64,000 bases of DNA, from assembly GCA_016748015.1 (NCBI GenBank), contig JAAOMT010000586.1, forward strand, positions 476,293-540,292, written 5' to 3'. Within the stretch, counting starts at the first letter, position 1, and the number at the start of each line of letters is the position of its first letter. The translations under genes were made by a program, and so were the position numbers. Shown piece by piece: positions 35,873-48,900 of the stretch. The DNA is from Geosiphon pyriformis uo1. Its lineage: Eukaryota > Fungi > Glomeromycota. Under the pieces are notes generated by a model. The model did no database searches, was not told the origin of the DNA, and worked only from the letters and a program-made list of their open reading frames with translations.

Positions 35873-37095
35873 ATCGTTTTTGCTTAGAAGGGGAGGTTGT
35901 TTGCTAAAATTATATTAAATTCATAAAATGAAAAATGAAAAAAAGTCGTCGTCGTCAATGATTAGAATGAAGATGACTTTTGTAGATAAGAGGTCATTTG
36001 ATTCCGGATATAGACTGATTAAAATCACGAATCAATTCGTGTCAAAACGGATTGGGGAAGGGGGTAAAGGGGAAAGATGTAGAAAGGAAACGCTTTCGCG
36101 TGATTTATAGAAACCCATCAAAGGATGTCGGTAAAAGAAAAAAAAAGACTCAAAAAACCTCGCTCGTTTTTTGATACTCAAATAAAACCACAACATTTAA
36201 GAGACACACTGGGTGGTTCAAATCCGTAAAAGAAACACCGCAAGAGCAAGACCTCGCTCCGTGTGCCAGAAAAAAACTTCGTCAGGCGTACAACCATTAT
36301 GCTCCGTATACCAGGCTTTATTGCTTCGTCACACCGGCAACATTTACATGTCCAAGGCGAAATCGCGACAACGTTGTCATCGTGTAAAATAGCTCTTTTT
36401 GATAATAATTAACAATTTTTTTGACGGATCATCAGTTACAAACAAAAATTTAGTCAAAAAGAGTGACAGGCATTGTAGCAAAATCTCCCGTAATCCAGTA
36501 TTTAGACTTAGGCCTATTGGCAGTGACCAGCGTCGGTTCCGATTCTTTAGGTAATTTCCAATGGCAGTGACCAGCGTCAATAATCTTGACTTGTTGCATT
36601 ACTCGCACGGTTGAACTGTCCAAGAGTGTTGATGAGATCGATAATTGTCATTGAAAGAAAAACGAAGGATAAATATAGAATATCGCACCGTAGTACCGTT
36701 AATTCATATTTCTTTGATCATGAAGGATCGCTTTTCAGCAAGATAGTTCAAATAAATGACAACAGGTTAATAAAAAGGCAAAATTTCGATCAAAAATAAA
36801 AAAAAAAGGTCAAGTTGAGGTTTAGCGTTAACTACAATGTGTTATGCGTGTGGCACATAAAATGTAGACGAAAAAACGAGGATTGATCGAAGCGATCATC
36901 GATTCAAAAAGCTTAAAACCTCCTCTGTGATGAGTTTTGATTTGTCGAAATTGATTGAAAGAAAATTTTTGGAAGAAAAAGCATATTAAATTGTGAGATT
37001 TCATTATGTCCGCCAGAAGCGATACAGGGTGATGAGAGAGAGGAGGCCGTGAGGGATGATGTGCCACACAAATATGCTTATTCTATTGAAGGATA

Positions 37096-37130
<35 letters not shown>

Positions 37131-37499
37131 TGTTGTGAATGAAGTGCAAGGTGGTGAGATGGGTTCCCATAGTGAATTCGATATGTGAAAGAAATGTGAG
37201 AATGAAGTTAGGTAAAAGTTTCCCGGAAAAAGAGTATCTCGCGAACAGAAGCTCAAATTCCCAAGAATAATGGAAAAGGGGTTGAGGGGTTGATGGTGGT
37301 TGATAGTCATTACTAAGGTGATGCCAAGAACTTCACAAAAAATTCTTAATAAACGGCATCGGGACATTAGCCTCATCATGGGTCATTAGAAATGATTTTT
37401 TAATCATTTATTATTTGATTCATTAAAAGATGAGGTGAGGAGTCGTAAATCGATAGAGGGCTGATTGTTGTTGGTGGTGAATGTTTGGTCGAAAATGGA

Positions 37500-37545
37500 T
37501 GTATAGATGGATGGATGGATGGATGGATGGATGGATGGATAGATG
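37500..37545. repeat. (GGAT)n microsatellite
   Basis: Seen directly. Confidence 0.9.
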
Positions 37546-37669
37546 GGAGGATGAAGGAAGGAGCAGACTTGTAGTGAATTTTGAAAACCCAACGTTTTGG
37601 AGGCCAAGACGTGAGGAGTTTCGTGGTAAGAACATCATTTCAAGGTAGTAGTTCGTGTCAAGAGTTCCT

Positions 37670-39502
37670 CTAATCCCATGAGCCTTCTTTGAATAGAATG
37701 TCGAATATCTAGGTGTAGAGCGTTATCTAATTAGATACCTAGTATGAATTTTGCGGGTTGGTCGTGGTGTTTTCCATTCCTTTCACTCACTCACTCACTC
37801 CCTCCCTCCAACTAAAGCGGCAAACTTTTCCTGAATACACACCATATCACCCATGAGGTCATATCCATCCTCTGTGGGATGAATACCATCCGAATCCCAA
37901 AAAACTTTTCGTTGTTCTTCAGTTAGACAATTCATCGGGAGGAATCTGTCGAGCAAGAAAAGCGTATACGCATTTCGGGTAGTGCTATTATTATATACAC
38001 TATGATAATATTAGGAGCAATTATATTACGTGATAATAATATAATATATATAATGGAATAAGTATGATAGAGCGGCACAAAAGTTATTTTGTGTTGGAGA
38101 AAAAAAAAAAAGGAAGCGGTGAAGGGTTATATATATAGAGGGAGAGAACTACTTACTTGAGGTGTTCATTGACAATTCTACGTTGGTAGTCTAGATGATT
38201 TACGGCATCCTAAATTAAATTAGTGCAACAAACAAACAAGGAACCGGTTAGGCGGGAGATGATCATATCCAAAAATAGAATGGGCTGTGTGATCTTGTGG
38301 TTTCAAATCAAACGTAATCAAAATGCAGTACACACTTACCCAATCGTATTCGGGTATAGTTATCCCTAAAATGCGCGCTCCGTGTTTAGAACTTAACGTG
38401 TAGAGCTTCTTTAATCCGTCAAAGATATCCCATGCAGAATAACCTTGGAACACGTCATTCGTTCCTATAAATGGATGATAAGGGGAAAAATGGATGCATA
38501 ATTGGTGATATAAGTGGTGAGAATATAAAAAAAGAAGCAAGGAAAAGAATTTCCACTGATAATTGCATCACCCAATAAGAAATGGGATTAAAAATAAAGT
38601 TTGGCTTTGTGAATTTTTACCTCCCATGATGACAATCCAATCATACCATTTTCCCGGTTGTTCTAGCTCACGTTTTAAGCGTTCTTCCATGTGGACGCAA
38701 CATTCACCTGGTACTCCGCTTACGGTAACCTCAACGTCTAATCCTTCTTCATCAAAGCGTTTTTGTAATCGTAGACCGTAAGGATGGTAAGTTCCATAGC
38801 CACCTTCACACCAACCTGGGTAAAAGATGGTCATTTTTGGAGATTACCAAAAGGAAAATGGTTAATGAAATATTCATTTTGAATAAAGTACGGGTTGATT
38901 ATCCGATGGCAGGTGGAATCATTTATATTTTATTTCGCTATTGTCGACGCCAAGAATAGCCGAATGTAATGGCTGAAAGGGCAATCAGCCCATAATCCAT
39001 TTTTGTCTGCGCCAACCACGTGTACTTTTACACATAAAGCCTTCTAGTTTCCTTCCTTCCTTCCTTTGAAAAAGGTCGTGAGAGAAGATGACTCTAGTAT
39101 TGATTTCCAGCTTTTTCTTTTTTGGTATTCTTTCTTTCTTTCTTTTTTTTGTCTTTACGAACCTGCTGTTAAACTATCACCAAATAGCAAAATGTTATAC
39201 CTCCTACGAGGAGCGTTTGCGGCATTGACCACCGTCATGCTCCGTTTTCGTCGCAAAACTGACTTTACAACTACTTGGTTTTGTTGAGGGACGGTTTGAT
39301 AAAATCTAGTATTCTCGCCTTGTTCAAAACTACTGAGCAGTGGTTGTTTTTCAGAAACTTCTTGTTGTCGTTGTAAAGAACCATTGAACTGTGGTTCATC
39401 TTGGTCTACGATTGTAGCATCGTCGTCGTCGTCGTCGTCATCTAAAAGGTACTTATTACTAACACAGCATAAGCTGTTTTTTAATCTGCGAAACATGCCC
39501 AT
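37670..39502 (-). CDS. SGNH/GDSL hydrolase-type esterase, 5-6 exons (last exon uncertain)
   Basis: Block I ILLFGDSLTAG, block II SGVPGE, block III IMG|GTND, block V WDSDGIHP. Confidence 0.9.
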
Positions 39503-39845
39503 TGGGGAACCCTTGTGTATTCTGTTATATATTTTTCCCTTCTTTTATATCAATATTTACAAGTAGTGAGAAACGGGAGAGAAAAAGAGAATAAAAGAAT
39601 ACGTATTTTTTACTCTGTTAAAGAAGTAAAAAAAACGATATTCTTTTTTCTCTCAAAGAGAGAGGGGACGGAGTAGTTGATAAGGAGGGGGGGGGGGGGT
39701 GTATTAAAGAAATGAGAGTGAAAAATACTCTAAAGAAATAATTAAGTAGTAAAAACAGTGGTTTGATTATTTGATTATTTTAAAATTTTTAAAAATAGAC
39801 AGATAAAGGGAAGAAACGCGCGAACGGGTTAAAAAAAAGGTTTAA

Positions 39846-39895
39846 GTGTGTGTGTATGAGTGTGTATGTAGGTTACTTTCTGTTTGATAATGATA

Positions 39896-39926
<31 letters not shown>

Positions 39927-40075
39927 GTGTGTATATGTTTTTTTTGTGTGTGTGTGTGTGTGTGTAGATTCCGCTTAGACTCTACCGATTGCTTACTATC
40001 AGTAGTTGAAAAGTAAAAGTGGCGGTTAGTGCGGTGGTTGGTGGTGGTGGTGGTGGTGGTGGTGCGGTTGTGGTG
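39846..40075. repeat. (GT)n and (GGT)n microsatellites upstream of the SGNH gene
   Basis: Seen directly. Confidence 0.9.
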
Positions 40076-40702
40076 AGGTAATAGGAAAAAACTGAAAAGG
40101 TAAGCGAAAAATAAACGAGAGGTTTATTTTTTTATATTTTTTAATTTATCAAAAGTCCGACAATAACAGAAGTTGAATCAACAAAACGGGACTGTAATTT
40201 TTTGGGGGAGGGGAATTTTTTATTTATAATTATATATATGTATATATATATATATATATATAAATATGCATGTACCTATAGTGAAGATTGTTGAATATTA
40301 AAACTTTAAATTTTTTTTTTAATATATAGATATTGTAATTCGACTTGAAAATTATATAAAAAAAAGAATCAAGTATTAACGGTGATGGCTGTGACTCCCA
40401 TTAAAGGAACCGTGCTTGCTTTGTGTGTGAGAGAAAGAGAGAGGAAAAAAAAAAAGCCAAAAAGACCGGATCGAAAAGATTTTAAATAGTAGTAGTAGTA
40501 GTAGTAGTAGATTGTGATGCAATGTAGATTAGAAAGTTTAATGCAAGCAACATAACATGTAGGAGATTTGTGGATGGTCCTTTTTTGTAATTCAATTGTG
40601 TTGGCTCTTTTGATGCCATTTGCTTTTCCTCGGAAAGTTTCTCGCTCTTTCTCGTTCTTTCTATCACCTTATTTCCAATTTATAAAAAATATCATCACCT
40701 AT

Positions 40703-40703
40703 A

Positions 40704-40745
<42 letters not shown>

Positions 40746-40793
40746 TATTATTATTACTATTACTATTACTATTATTATTATTATTATTATTAC

Positions 40794-40889
<96 letters not shown>

Positions 40890-40916
40890 TACTATTATTA
40901 TTATTACTATTATTAT
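40703..40916. repeat. (ATT)n microsatellite, ~70 units
   Basis: Seen directly; further tracts at 41456-41548 and 42532-42582. Confidence 0.95.
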
Positions 40917-41020
40917 AACCATTACACTAAAGACAAAAAATTTCAGTTTTTTTTTAAATACTTAAACGGTTTTTAATGAAGAAAAACCTTCCAAAAAAAA
41001 AAAAAAAAAAAAAAAAAAAA

Positions 41021-41290
41021 NNNNNNNNNNNNNNNNNNNNNNNNNNNNNNNNNNNNNNNNNNNNNNNNNNNNNNNNNNNNNNNNNNNNNNNNNNNNNNNN
41101 NNNNNNNNNNNNNNNNNNNNNNNNNNNNNNNNNNNNNNNNNNNNNNNNNNNNNNNNNNNNNNNNNNNNNNNNNNNNNNNNNNNNNNNNNNNNNNNNNNNN
41201 NNNNNNNNNNNNNNNNNNNNNNNNNNNNNNNNNNNNNNNNNNNNNNNNNNNNNNNNNNNNNNNNNNNNNNNNNNNNNNNNNNNNNNNNNN
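41021..41290. other. Assembly gap
   Basis: Run of N. Confidence 1.
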
Positions 41291-41456
41291 NATAGTAAAT
41301 CTGGAACGAAAATCCTGACGGCCTGTCAAAAAATGGTCATCATAATTGTGTTACAAAAATGGGGACGCCCAAAAAAACAAACTATACCCAAACAAAAATT
41401 AGTAATGTTCAACATTAATCACAGAGATAACACACAATCATTAGTTATCACTTATC

Positions 41457-41549
<93 letters not shown>

Positions 41550-42530
41550 AGAATGAAATTAAATGAAATAAATGTGTGTGACAAAATTTTTAATTCCATT
41601 AAAGCTGAACTAATTGGTTTCTCGATGGCGAAAATTCCCATTTCAATGATTGGTTCTTTGTAGGTCAGTTATGTTTCGATTTTGACCTTGTTTGTACTGC
41701 ATAACTTTAATGATATGCGTTTTTACTCACTTCTTAATATAGATAATGATACACCGATCCCTATACACCACTTGACACGTTTTTTAACTTTCCATGACAT
41801 ACAAGACGCATTATCTCGGTTTTCTTTAATTTTTAGTTCTTTTGATCCATAAAGTAAACATTAATTGATTATGGTCACCATTTTTTGTTGTTGAAAATTA
41901 TCACATTTGAATCATTGTGGAATTTAAAAGAGACTATTTATAAAATTTTTCGTACTTCAATTCTAGATGAAAAGAGATATAGATCGATAATAATTCCTGT
42001 CTAATTTCAAAAGGTAATAAATATATTAATATGTAACACAAATTTTTAGTAAAAAATGTAAAATCAAAACTTGAATTGAATTGAATTGAATTTAATTTAA
42101 TTTAATTGAACATGCCCACAATATTTGGGGAAAGTCTGAATGCATCAACGACATGCTTTCTCTAATGATTTACTGATCGGCAAAAAATAATTAAAGGAGA
42201 TAAGGTTAATTGAGGAAAATTAAGTAACATATTAATCAAAAATATTAAATATTTAAAAAAAAATAAAAAATACTAACCCTTTTAGCAATAATAGAGTCAA
42301 GTTAGGCATGATTATCTTGTCCTTCAAAAGTATTAAGAGATATATTTTGAAGGATCAAACAATCCAAAAAGGTATGAGGCCTATTAATACTTAAAAATAT
42401 TTATTTGTCACAAAAAGCTAAATCATACACATTCTCTAATCACTTACCTTCCATGGCTCAAACTTAATATATAATATTTTTCCCATCATTCATTTTTGTA
42501 TCAGATTCCAATAAAAGATGGAAATATGGG

Positions 42531-42583
<53 letters not shown>

Positions 42584-42802
42584 TGATCATGATTATGATT
42601 ATGATTATTCTAATATATATATAAAGAGAAAAACGCCATTATTCAAATAAATTAATGTTAAACTTTATCATGGTGTAAAACTAACACAATTTTTATTAAA
42701 TATTTGTCCTTGTGAAATTAAATTATTATAAAATTTCAAAAGAAAAATCTATTAAAGAACAATTATCTGCATAAATTTCACTGTCCTTACCACGGAGCAA
42801 GT

Positions 42803-44226
42803 TCATTTCCAATAATTATAGTATTTATCTCCATGAACTTTCATATCTTCTGACAAATCGTCCCATTTAGTTCGGGGTAAGACCTCACCCAAAAGTACTT
42901 TATCCTGTTCTGCTTCTTTCTTCTTTCTTTCTTCATATTGAACTCGACGTATTTCGTATAGATCTTCCCTGAGCCATTGTTCTACTAACTTTAATAAAGG
43001 TGAATCCATATTTCTTCGTAATTGAGCTATTACTTGAGGTGATAGCTGCTTGGAGTGTGAAGACGGATTATCCCCTATGTCACCCAAGGAACGTAGCCCA
43101 AGTTGTTGATATATAATCAAATCAAGAGCAGAGAAGTCTTTGTTGAAATCATGAACGGTTGTGATGGTTCCCCTTTTGATATGTGCAACATGAGTTGGCC
43201 AATCACCTAGCCCTGTATTCAAAAATGAGATCATTGTTTAAAAAGGCGTTGATGGTGGTGGTGGTGGTGGTGGTGGTGTGCATGTGTATATGTATGTGTG
43301 GGGGTGGGTGAATGGTGTGTGTGTTCGATATGAAAATGTGATACGAAAGAATGTTTAAACGATCAATAATTGGTGCTACGTTACCATCAAAAATATGGGT
43401 CGCGTAAACCTATTTTTTTATTAATGTACAAATTTAATTTCTTATATACGTATGTTAGTTAGTTAATTAATTAATTATTATGATCACTTTTAAATCACAT
43501 ACGATGGTAGCATTACGGTTCACAGTTTCTTTTTTTAAAAATTCCAATAAATCTGATCGAACAAGAACATCAAGATCAACAGTAACCTCGTCCATTAATA
43601 AAAGGTTCCATGGTTCAATTAGCCCTAACACAAGTTGTACTCTACGTCGTTGGCCATCTGACACCTGATGCATTCGCCAATTAAGGTTAATATCCATGAT
43701 TTGAATTAACTCATCACGTCTCTCAGGATACTTATCACCATTCATGTTGGATACTAGTGTAGAAACCAACACATCTCCTCTGACAACTGGATTGTTGGCC
43801 CATTCTGTCCCAAGGTATGTTATACCCTGTTATCTCAATAATTTAATCCAGCAATCAAACTGGTGCATCAAGAAATGTGTATCAAAAATTATATTAAAAG
43901 CAGTTTGAAGATAGAAGTGAGAATACCGGAGGCGAGTCTTTGAACGCATTTTTTCCAAATACATTAACTTGATCGCGCACCATTCTCTTTCCTGCAAGTA
44001 TTGTAAGCAATGTTGATTTTCCTGCTCCATTAGCACCTTTTTTAAATGTACCTATATTAGTTTTTTTAAACTTTAACAAACGAAGTGGCTCTCAAAATAT
44101 TTGGTACTGACCTACTAACAAACAACGATTTCCTTTTCGCAGCTGCAACGTCAAGTTTTGTAAAATTAATGGTCCACCAAAACTGAAACCAAGATTTGGT
44201 ACGTCTATCACAAATTCTTCTTCCAT
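42803..44226 (-). CDS. CAF16: CCR4-associated factor 16-type soluble ABC ATPase, 5 exons
   Basis: Walker A G|[20 protein letters not shown], signature [15 protein letters not shown], Walker [13 protein letters not shown]-loop YATHIFDGL. Confidence 0.93.
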
Positions 44227-44448
44227 TGTTTCGGAAGAAAGGAGAATAAAAAATTTTCTATATGGCGCGTGAGTCTTAGAATAATTTCGATGATGACTAA
44301 TAGTCTTATTCCATTTAAACAATGATGCAAGACCTTTTTATCCAAGGAAAAACATTTGCATATAAACAATGCAAATCTATGTAGATTGCAACATTTTTAA
44401 ATTTTAACAAAGCTTTTATTATTTTTAAAAAAATAAAATTATTAATGT

Positions 44449-45185
44449 TGTTATGCGTAAGTTGGTCTTATGTTGTTGCGTAAATTTAAAGGTTTTGGTT
44501 ATCTGAAGGTTTTGTTGGTTGAGTTCATTGTATAATGGACAGAGATTCAATAATAATAATAATAATAATAAATAATAATAACAGTTAACACTCAGTTTTT
44601 AACTTCTTTGGCATGATAACTGGTTTATTTTGGTGTTTATCATAAGCAATCCTAGTTTCTTGATTATTTTCTTTACACTTTTTCTTGTATCTTTTACCAG
44701 ACAATCTTTGATGTTATAATTTCAGCACTTTTTCTTAATTAATTAGTAAACAAGTAAATACAACAAGAGAAGTAAAAAATAAAGATAAAAATTAATATTT
44801 CGTCAATAGTTATAATTAAGAATTATTGTTTCAGTGTGATTAATATTAGAAGTAAGTAACTTTTAATAAAATAAATATAAATTTATAAACATTAGATATT
44901 GGATAATTTGAATGATAAATTTATTGTAAATAAGTATTTTATTTCAAGTATTAGATTACTAATCACTAAAATTACTTAATAAAAGTTGAATTGAACTTTG
45001 CTACATTTATTATTATATTTACATAAATCTTTATAATATAAAATTTCTGGAATTTTTAATGATTCTTATACTTTTTTAAGTTATTATTAATATTATCTGT
45101 TCAAATAATCTATACTATATTATTAGCTAAGTATATTATATATTTTTATTTATTATTTCTTTTTTGTTTTATTTTATAAGTAATA
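44449..45185 (-). repeat. Degraded solo B-type LTR
   Basis: Shares CTGAAGGTTTTG, TATAATGGACAGAGATTC and CTTTTACCAG blocks with 15663-16609; termini TGTTAT...AAGTAATA. Confidence 0.8.
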
Positions 45186-45512
45186 TTATTTACTATTATT
45201 ATTGAATTTCTGTTTATTATACAAAAAACTTAATTATAAAATCTTCAAATTATAATTAATATTAAAAATATTAACTTATAAACTAATACATTAATTATTA
45301 ATTCATAATAACATATAGAATAAATTTTAATATTTACAAAAATTTATTAATTTTATTTGTTATATAATAAATATTATTAATAAAAGTACATATATTATTA
45401 TTATATATTTTATAATTACTATCTTTATGTATATTTAATAATATTGTTTATACTGCTTTGTATAAAAGTATAATTTTTAAAAAATAGTATTATAAAACTT
45501 TATTTATATTTA

Positions 45513-45545
<33 letters not shown>

Positions 45546-45909
45546 AGCTTGTTATTTTTATTTGTAATTTAAAAATAATTTATTGTAAAAAAATATAACT
45601 AATTAATTTTAATATTGTTGGCAATAAAATTACTAATGTTTTAATTAATAAAACTGCTTATTTATTTTTGTATTTTATTGTTTTAATTTATAAAAAAAAT
45701 TTTTAAATTAATAATATTGTTATTTTGATAATATTTAATATTTTGTTTATAATATATATTAAATAATATGTTGTATTTAATAAAAAAACTAGATTAAATA
45801 TTAATATAGTAATTAAGAATATAATTAAAAATATAAATTGTATTTGTATTTATATTTCTCTAATTTAGCATTTTAATTTTTATATATAGTCTAAATTTAT
45901 TAATAAATT

Positions 45910-48900
45910 ATTATTTTTTTTTTATATTTTACGAGTAAGGTCTAAACACTACCTAGAGCTACACATCAAGGAAATGATCTATACTAGGCGTGAATCATGC
46001 ATTGTCTACATGTGACCAGCCATTCGGGCCGATCAGAACAACACTACTCAGATATATAAACTGAAACTAAACTGCCTACACCAGAAAAAAAACATGGTTT
46101 ACGAAAACCAAAACGAATGCTCACAGCCTCAGTGATGCCAAGCAGCTTGACAACACCAGCAGAAAATCCCAAAACCAGACCAAAGACTGAAACAGGTGTT
46201 GAACCATCCAATGGAATCAACTTGGCCTTTTCTATGTAAGCACAATGCTTAGCACAAACCATCCAAACACCATCCCTAAAGGCAAGACCAAGAGAGTGCA
46301 CAAACTTAACCACCTCCAATTCTGCAATTTTGGGGTTATGGAACACAAAAACAGCCTCGCAAAACCAATCATTAAACACAAAACCCTTGTATAGAGCCAC
46401 GAACACAGGGAAATCAGAAGCACAAGATGACAAAAGCTGCATTACAACCAACGAGGAGAGTAACAAACCAGTAAGAGCTTTTCAAAAAGCCACATGAGAA
46501 TCCAATATCTGACTACGAGCAGAATCGTCAACCTTACAAAAGAACACATGGTTCGAAGACTCCACATTACCACAATATAAACACAGCACACTAGGGTAAT
46601 ATTTATTATAAAGATGCTTCCTCACAGCAACAGGTAACTGGTGATGCAAAGCCTTCATGAAATAGGTATGAGCATTAGCCGAGAGCCTGCTAGTAGAGCC
46701 AGTGACCATGTGCGAGTCAGGATGCCAGACCATAGAAGAGTGGAACCAGTCAACATCAAAAAGCAAATCATCCTTCAAAAACCTAGCACCAGAACCAACT
46801 TCTCAGTGTGCGTGACAAATCGATTGGTAGATATCACGAACAAAATGTCTCAAATTGCCCGAAACCACACCACTATCAGCCACCAGAAAATGTTCATCCA
46901 AGCAGGAATGCAGATGCCAACTGGAAAGAGAGACAATGCCAGCAATCTCATCATCACACTCATTACCAGAAACGCCAGAGTGACCTTTGACCTTGTGCCA
47001 ACTAACTCTCAAATTTTTACTACAAATAATATTAGTGATATGCTGACATTCGACCCAACACTGATTGCGAAAGTCAGGACACACAAGATCCATTTCTGAC
47101 TTATAAGCACTCAAAGCAGACTGACTATCAGAAAACACGCAAACAGAACAGAACAAAGGAACACACTCCATGGCCAACACAATAGTGTGCAATTCCACAA
47201 GAGTGGATAACATTAAGCCTGATACACCAACCCCCAAACCCAAATTAATGTCTTCGAAAAAGGCAGCAGCACCAGCTTTACAGCCAGCAGTACCCAAACT
47301 TCTCAAAGATCCGTCCATGTAAACAGACAAGCTACTAGAAATGACCTGAGAAAGACAATCACAAACAGAAGCATAATTAGCAGAACCAAGAATATCTTGA
47401 TAAACAGCACCATCTGAGACAAACTGATCATTAGAAAGGAGAGAAGCATTATTGAGAAACACAGTAGCAAGCTTGAACCATTCCAGAACGGGGCCACAGG
47501 GGTCCACCCTCTTCCACTGCTTGAAGGTATACCAGTCAAAGATGGCACCATGATGGTCACGAAGTTGATCAACAAAGACAATGCCAAACCATCAGAGAAA
47601 AGGAAGAAACTTGGAGAACTTAGATTCGCCCAAAACAGTAGACATAGGTGCACTACCACTAGACCGAAAAGAACTAACAAAAGATCCACCCAAAGACAAA
47701 TTGCAGTCAAGAAGAATACGGACCAAGCCTGCCAAAAAGTTGTTGGAAGCATTAATATTAACTTGAACAGGAGAATTTAACAGGTAAATAGGATGCCAAT
47801 ACCGAACTTGTAAGTCATGAGACTTGTGAGAAAATAAGCGACCCAAGATCCCACCAGAGTTCACAAAACTGACAAGAGAGGCCACTTTACACTCAGACTG
47901 TATCTGCGAGAAAGATTTCAAACTATAAAATGAAAGGTGGTGCAGTGTATCACTGGGAAAATCAAGCAGAAGGCCAGACTTAAGCTTCAAGTCCTTGCAG
48001 ACCAGAGCATCCCACTTGGCACAAACACCAACCAGTATAAAACTAAATTGTGTTTGATAACTGATTATGGACTGGAGAACCGCTAACACCAAGTACAGAA
48101 ATTGTTTATCTGAAACAGCTTTTCTCAGAACCAAATTGACAAAAAAGCAAATGTCTGAATGTGCCTTAGCCAAACTCGGCTTCGAAAGACCCTCAGTTGA
48201 AAAAAAAATACCCAGATACCGATGAGATTCCCCTTTCTTGGCAACGGAAATGGGTGAGCCGCTAATAGAAAGAGAAGGACTGCTGACTCTGTTATTGATG
48301 AGAATAGCCACTGTTTTGTCATTGTTAATAGAGATATCGTTGACCTAAAAAAATTCACTGGCGACATTGAGAATGTGCTGAGTGACAGCTTAACTGTTAC
48401 CAACCCAAATTGTATCATTGACAAAAGCACTAGCAGCAAAAAAGGAAGAAAGTCCAGTCTGAGTCTTAGCATGCCCATTTTTAGAGATAAAATACAAATT
48501 CAGCCTATACTTACACACACTCTCCTGACATTTGACTTCACACAACAAAGGATCATAGAAAATGCACCACAGAAGAAGAGAAAAAACTTCTCCTTGATCT
48601 AAGCCATCATACACACGATAACTACCAGTCAAACCGAAATCTGTCATCACTCAATTGGTGCAACTCCTGTGTATACTACCAAAGAACCAAATAAACTTAC
48701 TGCACATCTTAATCCTGACCAGGCTTTTTTCAAGATGTTCCCAGCCAACTAAATCATAAGTCTTCTTCATATTCTGTAATACCAGCCAGAGCTCACAGTT
48801 CTTTTTCAGAGCATCCTCAATTACTGAACCAACTGCAAAAATGGGAGACTGAGTAGTCATACCCTTCAAAACCAAAAAATTGTCCTCACAAAGAACATTG

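Noticed and set aside
36200-36240. tRNA gene around GGTTCAAATCC
   Set aside because: No A-box, acceptor stem or anticodon arm could be built.
36515-36580. TPP riboswitch (ACCAGCGT resemblance)
   Set aside because: The conserved CUGAGA and other core elements are missing.
40568-41566. Poly-Leu/Ile and X-containing ORFs
   Set aside because: Artefacts of (ATT)n microsatellites and the N gap.
42272-42282. CTAACCCT as a telomere or telomerase template sequence
   Set aside because: Single occurrence in AT-rich DNA, better read as a minus-strand splice donor.
23670-44226. U12-type (minor) introns
   Set aside because: No donor with the RTATCCTT consensus was seen at the splice sites that could be placed.
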